DNA of 64,000 nucleotides from the NCBI RefSeq assembly GCF_006345805.1, contig NC_043003.1, forward strand, positions 104,470,001 through 104,534,000. The letters run 5' to 3'. The notes below the pieces were generated by a model. The model was not told where the DNA came from and did no database searches. It saw only the letters and a list, made by a program, of their open reading frames with translations. How positions within the stretch are numbered: the stretch's first letter is position 1; every line of letters begins with the position of its first letter. Shown piece by piece: positions 26,022 through 39,772 of this stretch. The position numbers and the translations under genes were made by a program. Source of the stretch: Octopus sinensis. Taxonomy: Eukaryota.

Positions 26022-27754
26022 TTAAATGTATTGTCTATTTATTAGATACATCCACAAGTTCAGTGGAGCAGAAATTGGTAGAAACTGAGTTCTGTTGGCA
26101 AATTTTATTTTCTAAATAACCCTGTGCTAACCTGAGAGGTTTGGGTTTTAATAAAAGGCCCAGAGTATTTGGAACTATTCTTGAGAAAAACCTGTAAAAA
26201 TTGAATCCAAATAAAGCCCATCAGAACTAGATCAATCCCACTTTACAAACTGCTGAAATTGCCATGGTTTCATAGCCAATAAAACTCACTTCCACTGTCA
26301 CTAAAACTACACATAAAATTCCATCTATATTTTATTTTACTTTTTCAGGCAAATAAACAGTGAACTAGGACTTAAAACACAAAATGTACAGGAATATTTA
26401 GCAGCAAGAGTTCCCATAAAAGGTAGTCCATAAAATGCTCAACTGATTCACTAGATATATAGGTCTAGGTCATTTTTGTTACATAATCATCATTTTAATG
26501 CCCCATTTTCCATATTTGTATGGGTCAGATGATATTTTTGTAAGGCCGACTTTTTACAACTGAATGCTCTACCTGTTCAGTCTGTAGCTATCATAAAAGT
26601 GCTCTCCCATGGGACTGAACCCAAAATTATGTGGTTGAGAAGTGAATCTCAAAACCACACAGCTATGCCTAGAAATGGTCAGCATGCACATAAGGAAAGG
26701 CTGAAAGAATTTTAGGGAGCTGTTATCTCTTTAATCAAACAAGAATTTCTCAGTATGAGACAAGTGGAACAAGTATGATAATGTATGGTAATAGGATATG
26801 GACATGAAATACAAAAGATCTGTAAAGGCTAGAGAAAGAAATTTGTTGAGTATGATTTGATATTAGTACAACATTAAGTTGCATGAAAAGCAGAGCACAA
26901 GTGTGCAACAAGTGCAACAGGATGTTAAAAATATAAATTAATGGAGAAGCTGATATGATGGACAACTGACACAAATGGAAGAAATGCTAAGATAAACTGT
27001 CATGCACAGACAGTGGAAGAAATCTATGCTTGAGAAAGACAAATAAAGACAAGAAATGGCATGATGATACCAGGCCTTAGGATGAGAGATCTCCCAGACT
27101 TCATAAAGGATCGAAGGTGACTACATACTGTATGCAGATTCACTCAACCCATGGTTGGAAAAAAATGGGCCACTAAAACTAATGATAATAATACTGATGA
27201 TGATGAAAATAACAGCAAGTTTCATACAGAAATTCAAAGTTATTGGTGGCATTTTACTCAAATTTTCGTGAAAATTAAAACCCGACTTTCTGAACTAAAT
27301 GGTTTTGCATATCTCATCCATCATAATCTGTCATACTAAAAAACTGACCTTGTTGTTTCTGAATCCACCTTCTCTGCATTTTTGCAAAATCCAACTATTA
27401 TGGTATTATCGAAAGTGCTTGGTCACATAACAAAATTCCATAAAAATTTACTGTGCCATTTAAACTACAGTTTCTCCCACCACCACCTCCAATAAATACC
27501 CATTAAATTTTTTTTAACATATTTGATTGGAAATTCACTAGCAGTATGAAAACTAAAACTTACAGAAAAATTGTCTGTTTGGAACCATCCTCATCATCAG
27601 CCTCTGATGTTAATTTTTCCATGCAAAGGTTTAAAATACTGTGCTTAAGATGTGCTGTAATTCTCCATGCAATGAAACTGAACCAGAAATCTCATGGTTG
27701 GAAAACAAACTTCTTAAACATTCAGTCATGCATGTACTTCATAATTTTGATTAA

Positions 27755-27976
27755 TCCTTTTGATACCAACCCACCTGAAACCGCCTCTGGTTCTGTAATA
27801 CAAATGTCTTGTTTTCAAAAGATCTGAATTGAAATCTTCCACCAAACCTTAGTCACAATTTATGTTCCTAACACTAGCTTAATGATGACTACGCTATTTT
27901 ACTAAATTCTTTGTTATATTTAAAATTAATTGAAAGAAACACAGAGCATCTCAACAGAAATATGGTAATGAAAGGG
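27755..27976. mobile_element. piggyBac-type MITE, same family
   Basis: TTAA flanks and a shared body CCACCAAACCTTAGTCACAATTTATGTTCC; partial copy at ~12840-13008. Confidence 0.8.
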
Positions 27977-28975
27977 TTAATGTTCTTGGTATTTTTGCAA
28001 TGTATATCATTTCGAATATGTATTTCCAGGACAGATTCAAATCTGCAATGCAACCACATTGTGATTTAATATCTACATCATTACTACACTTTATCATATA
28101 AAGTTTGGTTGTCCAGTTGTTTTGTGCATCTGAATTTACAGCTTATATAATTTTTGTATGCCTAACAACTTTATGCTGATGGGTTCAACAATTTGACTGA
28201 GGACTAGCGAACCAGATGGCCACACCAGACTCCAACCTTGATCTGGCAGAGTTTCTACAGCTGGATGCCCTTCCTAACTCTCGGAGTGGTTGGTATTAGG
28301 AAGGACATCCAAATGCCAGATCAAGATTGGAGCCTGGTACAGCCATCTGGTTCACCAGTCCTCAATCAAATCGTCCAACCCATGCCAGCATGGAAAGTGG
28401 ACGTTAAACAATGATGATGATGATGATGATGACTGTTTAGTTTCTTTTATTATGAGTATAATTTTAGCCAATCAGAAAATAGTTGTCTGTTGCTCTATAT
28501 TGTTCTTTTTTTTTTATTGTCTAGTTAATCAACAGAATATACAATTGTCCCTTTTCTCCCTCTCACTCTGTCATTTAAGCAATGATCAGGATTCTATCTG
28601 CTTCAACAGAATATCTATCAGTTTAAAATCATTATCGACATCTATCTTTACTTGCTATCAGTTATCTACTCGTAAATATTTTGTACGTACATGCATTTTC
28701 CATAACACTTTCTGCAACACATTCTATTGGCCTCGTAAGACATGGAAATACACAGCTGCTGACTGTTTCAGTCAGAGGACTGCAGCCATGCTGAAGAACC
28801 ACCTCGAATGGTTTTGTCAAACAAATCAACTCCGGTACTTTTATTTAAAGTGAGGTACTTGTTCTATCTGTCTCTTTTGCTGAACCATTAAGTTATGGGG
28901 GACATAAACAAACTGACAGCAGTTATCAAGTGGTAGGGAGGACAAACACACACTTTATACTTTATATATTTATAT

Positions 28976-29024
<49 letters not shown>

Positions 29025-29059
29025 TATATATGTATGTATGTATATATATATATATATAT

Positions 29060-30715
29060 AAAGTAGCAGACAAACGAAAGAAGGGCACTCAACACATTTA
29101 CTGAGAGTTACATGTGTGGATCAAGCAGTCCAATTCAAATTCCTTGGACAGGTTAGGAAGGACTTGGTAAAAATATTCAAAGAATTCAGCCTGTCCATAA
29201 CAGTTACCACCAACCTGACTGCGGCTGATTTGTTGGACATAACTTTAGGCCTGAACACAGGCAAGTACTACCCCTACAGGAAGCCTAATGAAGAAATGGT
29301 ATACATCCACAAAAGCTTACCCTCACCCCCATGGTTGAATTTAGAAACCTGGTTTCAGCCATTAGCAAACAGGTATCTAAACTCTCATCCACTGTTACAA
29401 TGATGCTTTGGCTAAGAATGGATTTTCTGAGAAGCTTACATACGTGGACATTCCCCAAACCCCCTCTCCACACCTAGAAGTTTCTACCAGCATAGCCAGG
29501 TGCTTCCTGTCATTAGATAAGAAACATTTCTCCAGAGACCATAAGTATTACAAACTCTTCAACCCCCATAATGTCAAGGTGAGCTATTCCTGCTTAGACA
29601 ACATTGCATCTAAGATCATATGCATCAGCAGATGTAAAAATGCACCCACAAAAACCCCAACCTGCAACTTCTGAAACCCCATTACCTGCCCTCTAGAAGG
29701 ATCCTGTCTGTTAAGAGCTGTAGTATACAGAGCCACCCTTACACCATCTGATGACATCACTAGGCACCATACAGATATGACAACCAATGACTTTAAAGGA
29801 AAGTACTCCCAGTACATGCACTCATTCATACCCAGGGATAGAGAGAACTCCACTTCCCTATTGTGCTTCCTCTGGAGACTCCAAGATATAAAACACCCAG
29901 CATCAAGTGGACTATTGTTCACAGAGCACCATCGTATTCACCTGGTACCCCTAATTGCCAGCTCTGCCACCGAAAAACTGCATATCCTCTACCAACCCAT
30001 CAACAAGAAATACAATCTATCCTATTGCTGTCACCAGAGGTGTGCCCTTGTGGTAAATTTCAAGCCATTGGCCAACAACCCAGATATACCTCTTTAGTAC
30101 CAGCTGCTCCCCTGCACAGCCTGCACCAAGGTCCTCATCACCAACTAACACCCATGAGCAGGACAGAAATCACCAACCTCCAACACTTCTACCTGCATAC
30201 TCTCACTCGTACATAACCACACGAGTTTATATATGTGCACACAAGTGTGCATTACCACACCATCTGCATACATGTTGATATATACACACTAGTGTGCATA
30301 CACATGCACATGTGTTCATGCATGTACACACTTACGTATGCGCAAGTGTGTGCACGAGTGGATACATGCATGTGTTCATGTATACGTGTATGTGCATACA
30401 TGTACGTGTGTGTGGGTGTGAATGTACATCTACGCACACACACACACTTGCATAAATACAGACACATACACATATATACTCGCATATCCACTGCCTCTTC
30501 CTACTTTCCCCACTAATCAGGCAACCAATTTCCTGTCCCCCACATCAAACTGTGACACTGCATGACCTTTCTCGACCAATCGCAAACTAACATCCAGTAA
30601 TAAACATTGACTTTCTCCTATCGACCTCTCATTCAAATTCCAATGGCTGAAGATTAGCATCAGGCTTGAAACTCAAAGTACCAATGAATTTGAATCAAAC
30701 TGTTTGATCCATATA
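29060..30715 (+). mobile_element. Decayed Penelope-like retroelement with inverted partial terminal repeat
   Basis: LLDITLGLNTGKYYPYRKPNEEMVYIHKS (RT), NVKVSYSC, CPLEGSCLLRAVVYRAT (endonuclease). 29113-29148 is an inverted copy of 30681-30712. Confidence 0.8.
30631..30695 (+). ncRNA. Type I hammerhead ribozyme-like motif
   Basis: ATTCAAATTCCAATGG-CTGAAGA-TTAGC-ATCAG-GCTT-GAAAC-TCAAA-GTA-CCAATGAATTTGAAT: intact core, long stem I. Confidence 0.65.
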
Positions 30716-31080
30716 TAATCATCATTTAACATCCATCTTCCATGGGCAGGATGGTTGACAGGAGCCAGCCAGATAGAAAAACTACTCTAGGCTACTGTGT
30801 CTGGTTTGGTAGGGTTTTTACAGTTGGATACCCTTCCTATCACCAACCACTCTGTAGAGTGAACTCAAGGCTTTTTATGTAGCACTAGCACAGGCGAGGT
30901 TAGTTTTGGCATGATTTTTGCAGCCGGATGCCATTCCAAATGCCAACCACTTTACAGTGTGGGCTAGATGTTTTATATGGCACCAGCACTTTCAGGGTCA
31001 CCAAGTAACTCACAAAACAAGGAATTAGGAGAGGGGCTGGGACATTTGAGGAGAGAAACTTGTGTCACAGGATGAAAGGT

Positions 31081-32689
31081 TATATCAAAAAGGTCCCAGA
31101 CTAGTTATGTTTAATTACAAAAATAAAATAACTTATTTACCTAAGTTTTAACATCTAAAGAGAAGAACCCCATTTTCAGTCCTGAATAACCATGGGATTG
31201 CACCTAGAACATTCCCCGCTCCTAGGCACAAGTCCAGGCAAGATTGTTTATGGAAGATCAGCAGTCACCTATGCATACCAGCCTCCTCCTCTCTTGATGC
31301 CATTGATGCTATCCAAGGATAAAGCAGAGGCCAATACAGCTTAGCATCAGTGACATCACAACTCATTGCTACAGCTGAGTGAAGTGGAGCAACGTGAAAT
31401 AAAGTGTCTTGCTCAAGAACACAACACGCAGCCCGGTCCGGGAATGGAACTCACTGCCTCATGATTGTTAGCCTGAGACTAACTACTGAACCATGTGCCT
31501 TCACTTTACCCTTTAAGTTGTAACATCATCTCCCTTGAAATGGTCCCAGCATTCCTACCACTTCTGGAATCTGACCTGGAAGTCATTTTCCGTAAGCAAG
31601 TCGCTCTTCATCTTGACAATCATGTTAAAACAGTGACCTTTGAGTAGCATTTTCATCTTGGGGAAAGAGATGGAAGTCTGCAGGTACTAAATCAAGTGAA
31701 TAGGGCAGGTGCGGAAGCAATACCATGTTGTCTTTGGCAAGAAACTCAAAAGAGAGGAGAGCTCAGTGATGGTGCACTGTCATCGTGAAGGATCCAATCC
31801 CTCACATTCTACAGATCCAGTCACTTCAACTAAATGTCATCCCTCAAATGCTTCCAAATGTTGCAGAACCCTCAATTGATGGTCTGGCCCTGGAGGATGA
31901 ATTCTCAATGCACAAATCCATGGGCACCAAAAAAAAAAACAAAGAAGACTGGCTGTGTGGTAAGTAGCTTGCTAATGAACCACATGGTTCCAGGTTCAGT
32001 CCCACTGCGTGGCATCTTGGGCAAGTGTCTTCTGCTATAGCCCCGGGCTGACCAATGCCTTGTGAGTGGATATGGTAGACAGAAACTGAAAGAAGCCTGT
32101 CGTATATATGTATATATAGATATGTATGTGTGTGTGTGTGTTTGTGTGTCTGTGTTTGTCCCCCTAGCATTGCTTGACAACCGATGCTGGTGTGTTTACG
32201 TCCCCGTCACTTAGCAGTTCAGCAAAAGAGTCCGATAGAATAAGTACTGGGCTTACAAATAATAAGTTCTGGGGTTGATTTGTTCGACTAAAGGCAGTGC
32301 TCCAGTATGGCCGCAGTCAAATGACTGAAACAAGTAAAAGAGTAAAAGAGAGTATGCTCTTGATTGAGTTACAACATTGTCATGCCTTTTGAAGTGCCCA
32401 TGACACTCAAAACATTGTGTATAACTCATTACCTCGTCGTTGTAAGCTTGCCAAAGTATGCTCAATGGCTGTAGCAGACTTCCCAAGTTTAACACAAAAT
32501 TTCACAGTTCCTGTCCATGGCAAAAATTGCAGGCTACAGCATACATGTGATCGCAAAAAGATAAATTTCACAACTTGCAAAGTAAACACAGCTGCCTCAT
32601 GAATGTCACTGCAAGCTCTCACAGCACATGCAACCATGTGCTGCTATTTGTCGGAATGTTCAGAACTCATCTGAAAACTTTTTTATACT

Positions 32690-32692
<3 letters not shown>
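31081..32692 (-). mobile_element. Decayed mariner-type transposon interrupted by SINEs
   Basis: Degenerate HPPYSPDLAP-like segment near 31670-31720; A/T-tract TIR-like ends; boundaries approximate. Confidence 0.45.
31950..32350 (+). mobile_element. tRNA-derived SINE, same family as 23485
   Basis: Closely similar sequence. Confidence 0.85.
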
Positions 32693-32720
<28 letters not shown>

Positions 32721-32769
32721 TGTGTGTGTGTGTGTGTGTAAGTATATATATATATATATATATATATAC

Positions 32770-33100
32770 GGTTATCAATTTGTGTTGCAAGATTCCTGAT
32801 GTGAAATTGTGTGTTGAAACCGATATTGTTGTATTTTGGGATGGTCATTCTTTTTTTTGCCAAATAAACACACTCACTATATATTTTTTTTAATTTGTTT
32901 ATTACTGTTCTTATTTTATTATTGTAACTCATGTCCAATGTCCAGAAATCACAAGAACACACATGAAAACGAAAAGTGTCACTGAAGAGGTCATAGATGT
33001 GTGCAAAAGATTTCCAGACATTGGACAGGAGTTAAAGTAATAAAATAAGAACAGGAATAAACGAATGAAGAAAAAATATATAGTGTGTGTTTTTATTTGA
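32770..33100 (+). mobile_element. Short inverted-repeat element (Penelope tail-like) with a degenerate hammerhead at 32977-33020
   Basis: Arms 32860-32930 and 33029-33100 are inverted; TGTCA-CTGAAGA-GGTCATA-GATG-TGTGC-AAAA...GACA; homologous to 39728-39935. Confidence 0.55.
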
Positions 33101-33124
33101 GGGGGGGGGGATAACTAACCAAAT

Positions 33125-33480
33125 TAATTGAAGGTGGTTATATTTCAGACCAAGTTTTCAACACAGATGAAACTGGTCTTTTTGGAAAAAGATGCCAAAC
33201 AGAACATATATAGCAAAATCAGAGAAAAGTGCCAGTGTTTTTAAGGCAGCTGAAGACCGTGTAACTTTTTTGTTATGTAGCAACACTTCAGGAGATTGTT
33301 AAAGCCGTTATTAATTAATAGATCAGTTAGTTTGCATGCAATGAAAGGTGTAGACTTAAGTAAATTACCAGTTCATTGGAGAGCCAATAAAAAATCATGG
33401 ATGACAGCAGAAATATTTACTGAATGGTTTAACAACTGCTTCATTCCCAAAGTAAGAAGATAAATGGAAGAGAAATGTGG
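33125..33480 (+). mobile_element. pogo/Tigger DDE transposase fragment
   Basis: NTDETGLFWKKMPNRTYI, DRVTFLLCSNTSGD, LPVHWRANKKSWMTAEIFTEWFNNCFIP. Confidence 0.85.
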
Positions 33481-35438
33481 ACAGGTGAATCAAAATTTTT
33501 TCTTCTTTGTTACATATGCAGGAGAAATAACTCTTGATATCATTTTGTCGAAGTATGAATCCATCTGAGAACATATTAAATTAAATTCTATTTGATCTTT
33601 GTCTGCGTGCAAGGTATGCATTGCCACTACGATGCCCTTTTTTCTCTTATGAACATTCTTATATAATTGATTATCCAGGTTTGAATAAACCTGCAATTGG
33701 TGAACCCAAAGTCAAAACAAAACAGCCATGCTTCTAAATTTAACAGCTATGAATCAGCCTACAATTGGTGAGCAGAAAACTTTCAAACCAAAAGTCATTT
33801 TGGTGTTAGAACGGTATCTTCATTCAGTAATATTTCTTACACGCTTCTACTGCTTTGGTTATAACAATTACAAAACTTTCAGGCTGTGTTCAAACATACT
33901 GCTGTCACTGCACCAATTTTAGTGAGATGATTAGCCATATATTCTTCAAAGACTATTCACAGTATGTGGTGGTAGGTTGTGTATGTAGACAATGATCACA
34001 CTAAAGCATAATTGAGTTTTCAAATATCTTATTAACCTGCATCATTATATTTACAAATGTACATCCAATAGATTGATAGAACAATATTCAAAAATAACAG
34101 GAATATTTTGTTTATAATTTGCAGTATAATATTATAAAAGTTGTGCAAGCAACTTCAATATAATTAATGTGTGTTACTTGACATTAAAAACTGGTGCCAA
34201 TTGTCAAGTAAGATATAAGCATGTTATATATAGAAAAAAAATTGTAACAGGAAGGGAGAACAACTTTTTCTCAACTATGCCTTTCTTCTCTCTCTCTCTT
34301 GTTCTTTACAATGCTCCCTATCCTCTTACCATTCCCTCTGTTATAGGACCTACATTAAGGACTTAGCTTTGCAAGGCAATCATCATTAGTCCTGGGAACA
34401 TGAAAAAACTGAGTACACTCTATAAAGTAGTTGGTATTGAGAAGGGTATCCAGCTACAGAAACCTTGCCAAAGAAGGTGTTGTTGGAGATATCCTTCAAT
34501 GTGGACTATGCCAAACTGTCCAGCCCTTGCCGGCATGCAAACCAGATGTTAAAGATGATGGTAACAACATACACAGACAGGAATATAGACACAATGAAAC
34601 TTAGTTATGCAGCTAAGTTATACAAACACAAACATCATCATCATTTAACGTCCGTTTTCCATGCTAGCATGGGTTGGACGGTTTGACCGGGGTCTGAAAG
34701 CCATGTAGGCTGCACCAGGCTCCAATCTCATCTGGCAGAGTTTCTACAGCTGGATGCCCTTCCTAATGCCAACAAACGGCTATGATCAGTCGGTGCTTTT
34801 ATGTGTCACCGGCGCTGGCATCTGCCACGTTCGGATGGTGCTTTTTACATGTCAACTTCTCTTTTCTATACTTGCATGAACTGGATGGAATTCATTAAGG
34901 CAGATTTTTTTTTCCTTCAGCAGAATACTTTCCCTGTTGCTAGCCCTCACCTGTTTCCAAGCAAGCTGTTTCAATGGTTGAATGGATTTTCAGGGAAGAC
35001 AGGAAACAGATGACATTGCTTCTATGATGGTGACTCATTCACAACTGTTGCACAATATCAAAACTAAGAGGCATACATTACATATTTGAAAGGTCATAAA
35101 ATGAATATTTTGAGGGAAATGTCTTTCACCTTTCCTCCTATTTTTAGTTATCCCCCCCCCCACTTAATTCTACAAAATATAAAATCCAAATTTTGAAAGA
35201 ATGCTTGCCATAATTACACTTTGTTGTTTGACAATTTTCCCTATCCCTACAGATGTTAGACATAAACAAAAATTGTTTAAAAATAAAAAATAAAAATAAG
35301 CATTTATTTTCCTCTCTTTTACAAAGCTACAGTTGTAAATTTTTTAGTAGGTATGTTTCTTTTGGTCATAGTTTAAATAAAACATTAAGCTTCTAGTAAC
35401 TAATTTTTAAATGTGTGACCTGCATTTGCAGTGATTAA

Positions 35439-35660
35439 CCCTTTTGATACTAGCCCGGCTGAAACCGCCTCTGGCTCTGTAGTACAAATGTCTTGCTTTC
35501 ATAAGTTTCGAATGAAAATCTTCCACCAAACCTTAGTCACAATTTATGTTCTTAACACTTGCTTAATGATAACTAAGTTATTTTACTAAATTCTTTGTTA
35601 TATATAAAATTAATTGAAAGAAACACAGAGCATCACAAAATAAATATGGTAACAAAAGGG
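35439..35660. mobile_element. piggyBac-type MITE, same family
   Basis: TTAA|CCCTTTTG...CAAAAGGG|TTAA. Confidence 0.85.
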
Positions 35661-37444
35661 TTAAATCATGAACAAGTTTTAAAATCTGTTTGCTTGTTTT
35701 TGTCAGACCCACCCGAACATGGTCATTTTTAATTGTACTTAATGCATAGAATTATCAGAATGAAAAATATACAAGAAAAAGTTAAATAAAACAAAATCTG
35801 GGGTCTTTATATATCAATGTATTCTCTTCATATCAAATTCAATATATAAAAAATATCACAGCATTCCCATTGAAAACATTGAGAAAAAGTTTATTTATTT
35901 CCTTCGCAGCAGAATAAGAGACAAATTTAAGATGGTTGTAAATGCTTGTAATTTGTCCAACACCATTGCAAACGAAAAAGAGGATTGAATGGATGCAAAT
36001 TTTTTGTGTTCTCAATGACATTTTGAAGCCCTAGGGGTACTACTGTGATATGTCTTTAGCATTTTTAGACTGAGTGCAACCAAAGCACATTTCTTTCAGA
36101 AGAAAGACTGAAAGAGAAGAATTGAGCTCAGTACAGGACCTTGGTGAGATTTGAACTCCAAACAATTACAGCAACACAATCTATTCAATGTTCTTGTGAC
36201 TCTGCCAACTGGCCACCTAATAGTTACGATTAGTATTATTGGTCAGAGCTTTTGCTGATAACAATTTGAAAAAGAACATTCCTGATTCCTAAAAAATGAG
36301 ATGGTCATGGTTGGAAAGCCACAGTTACATTGAAAATTCTTAGAGCATGCATATGACCCATATTTTCAAGTACAAAAATCAAAATGAAATCGATAAATAT
36401 TTGATTTGAAAATGTTGTACTTCAGACTGTGAAGACAAGAATATTTGAGAAAGTTAGCAATGCCATTGGTAGGATTTGAACTCAGAATGGAAAAGAATGT
36501 CTCTGAATAATTTGAATAAAATTTGTTCTTTTTTAAAGCAAACTTTCTATAAATATGAGATGATATAAAACTTTCGATAGAGACTTTATGAAAAACTTAG
36601 AAGTCCTGTTCTCCATTTGTTTTATACAAAACTTCATGGACCCCTGGCCATGCTGTTTCATATTATAACAGGTAAAACTGGAAATAAAAAGTTAATTAAA
36701 AAAAAAAAAAGCTTCATAAAAATTTTAATTTTACAAGATTATGACTTAATTTTGATATTTTTCATTTCAAACCATTACAAGAATAACAGAACATGGAACT
36801 GTTAGTCTTGCAATAGCAACAAGATATGTCGTCATCATTCCAGTAGTTAGTAGTGGTGTTAGTAATAGTAGTAGCAGCAGCAAATCCAGCAGCTGTTATT
36901 GCTGCTACTGCCAATGAAATGTCAAACAAATATTAACTGGAACAAACTTTACAGCAGAATCTTCGAGAATTTTCACATTCATTTAAGAGTAGATTTTTTT
37001 TTCCTTTTTTACCTCACTCTCTTAATATCTTCTAAGTATTATATCTTTAGAAAAAAAGGTCTTCTGGTTTTCATATTTCAAACAAGAAGCTCAGAATTTA
37101 CAAAAATAATTCATTTTTGAACTGGTTATAGTTTAGGGATTTATAGCTGCTGTTCTTTTTGAGGTGTGTCTGTTTATCAATATATATGAAAATACATTTT
37201 AGATATAAACGCATCCCATTTCTACTAGAAATATATTTATAAATATGTTTTGTATTTCTAATTGCATTTACATCCCTAATAAACTGAAAAGAATGTCTTC
37301 TTGACTATCAGAAAGTGAAAGTCAATACTAGATAATATTTTAATAATACAGCAACTGTTACCACACGAGATATCCATGTTGATTATTCATGTGATTAACA
37401 TATTAGTACATTTAGAAAGAAATGGATTAAGAGGGATTAATATA

Positions 37445-37578
37445 AAGATCTTCACCTGTTAACAAAAAAAAAAAAAAGAATATGACAAACACAAATTGCG
37501 TAAACGAACCTGGGGGGATGGGGACTTTCAGAAAATTCACGGATCCGATTTTTACCGTCATAACTTTAGGGAAAATGC

Positions 37579-37635
<57 letters not shown>

Positions 37636-38638
37636 TTTTTACGGAATCCCACGTTTTTGGTTATGGAGGATCCGATTCTAAAAAAAATTTTTTTAAATTG
37701 CATTTTCAAAATTTCAATACTCTCCCTCTTCATTTTTCAGCGGGATGGAGAGGGCGGGAAATTTGGGTCGGAATTTTTCATTAAAAAATCTGAAATAAAA
37801 ATTTGAATTTGTGTTTATTTTTTTTCATATTCTTAATCTCTGTATTTTCCCCACGGAGATTGATTGAAAAAAAAAATTCGAAAAAGTTTTAAAATTCGGA
37901 AAAAGTTATAAAAAAAGAGAAGAAAAAAAACTCTTTAATTTCACGTGAATTAATTTGTCGTATTACTGCGGGAAATTACTGAAAAATATTTTGAAAATTT
38001 TTTTCAGAATCAGATCCTCCATAACCAAAAATGTGGGATTCCTTAAAATATATGGCTGTGTGGTAAGTAGCTTGCTTACCAACCACATGTTTCCGGGTTT
38101 AGTCCCACTGCGTGGCACCTTGGGCAAGTGTCTTCTACTATAGCCTCAGGCCGACCAAAGCCTTGTGAGTGGATTTGGTAGACGGAAACTGAAAGAAGCC
38201 TGTCGTATATATGTATGTGTGTGTGTGTGTGTATATTTGTGTGTCTGTTTGTCCCCCCAACATTCCTTGATGTTGATGTAAACACACCAACCGATGCTGG
38301 TGTGTTTACGTCCCCGTAACTTAGCGGTTCGGCAAAAGAGACCCGATAGAATAAGTACTAGGCTTACAAAGAATAAGTCCTGGGGTCGATTTGCTCGACC
38401 AAAGGCGGTGCTCTAGCATGGCCACAGTCAAATGACTGAAACAAGTAAAAGAGTAAAGTATATCCATTTTCCCTAAAGTTATGACGGAAAAATCGGATCT
38501 TGTGGATTTCCCGAAAGTCCTCTCCCCACCCCCAGGTTTGTTTGCGCAAATTTTTTTATCATATTCGTTTTCTATACAGTTGATAACACCCAGCAAGTTG
38601 GGTTTTTTTTTTGTTTTTGTTAACGGGTGAAGATCTTT
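37445..38638. mobile_element. ~1.2-kb fold-back DNA element with a SINE inserted in its right arm
   Basis: Outer arms 37445-37578 / 38463-38638 and inner arms ~37643-37692 / ~37994-38042 are reverse complements. Confidence 0.8.
38053..38457 (+). mobile_element. tRNA-derived SINE, same family as 23485
   Basis: Closely similar sequence, retaining more CpGs. Confidence 0.85.
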
Positions 38639-39727
38639 GCGAAAATATATATTTAAAAACACCCATAAACGAAAAATGCTCTTTTAATTTAAATGCATTT
38701 CAAAAACGTTTTCTTCGATAATAAATGGACCCAGTAATGGAATTTTTCCAAAATCACCGAGTTCGGCTGGGGTTAATCACGATTGTAATGTTTTTTGCTG
38801 ATACAATTCGAAAAAAGAAATTTATTCCTTAAAGTCAAGATAGTCATGAGTGGATAGGCTACAGTTACATAAAAATTTCTTTGCGCAGATACATTTTTCC
38901 CCCCTTACGTGGAAATTACCAGAAATTTCTCGAAAGAAAAAGTGAAAACAAAAAGTTGCGCGAGGTTAAATTATACCCCCTCCTCTTGTTGCAAAATTGC
39001 AAATCATTATTGAAAACAAAGGAATCCAAAGAGATTATTGAAAATAAAAATAAAAGGATGAGGCGCGCCTGTCTAGACATTGCCGAATCGTGTGAATATT
39101 TCTGGAGAACAGTAAACCTCGGAGTGATTCGAACTCAGAACATAAGACCAAACTAAACCGACAATCTAATATTTCCTGCTACTTCACCGACCTTCGCCAC
39201 AATAATGAATTAGACCCAAGACTGAAAATAATAGCTTTTTGTTTTATTTTCACAAGACAATAACCAAACTCCAACTTGCTCCAATGGATTCTGTGTAAAG
39301 ATATCGAACAAACTGAAATCCAAATCGGATTGCGGATCTCAATTCAACAAAGTGCTTCGAAGGCTGTGAGAGCTTGAAAAGTATATTAAAGAGATAAGGT
39401 GCTGGAGTTACAAGGTTCTTTTAGTCACCATTTGTTTGTGTTGCTGGTTGCACCTCCATCAAGGAAGTCCTCAAACTGTGAATCTCCTGTCCTTTCACGT
39501 CGTGGGTTATCACTGACCAACGCCTCCACTTAAATTCATGTCAGCAATCTCTTATTTATTAATTTTCAATACAAATAAAATCTCCCTTCCAAACGTTCTT
39601 CAGATTTTATTAAATAAATCCGTGCTATGACTATATTTATCATCACAACCTCAGGGTTCCAATTATATATTTTTATATTATGACCGTTATTAAGGAGAGA
39701 CGCACAAATAAGAAAGAAGAAAGCAAA

Positions 39728-39772
39728 GGACCACTGATGCGGTCACAGGAGTGTGACGAAAGAACTCTGGCC
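39728..39772 (+). ncRNA. Minimal type I hammerhead ribozyme-like motif
   Basis: GGACCA-CTGATGC-G-GTCACA-GGAG-TGTGAC-GAAAG-AA-CTC-TGGCC; perfect 6-bp stem II; A9 is replaced by C. Confidence 0.65.
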
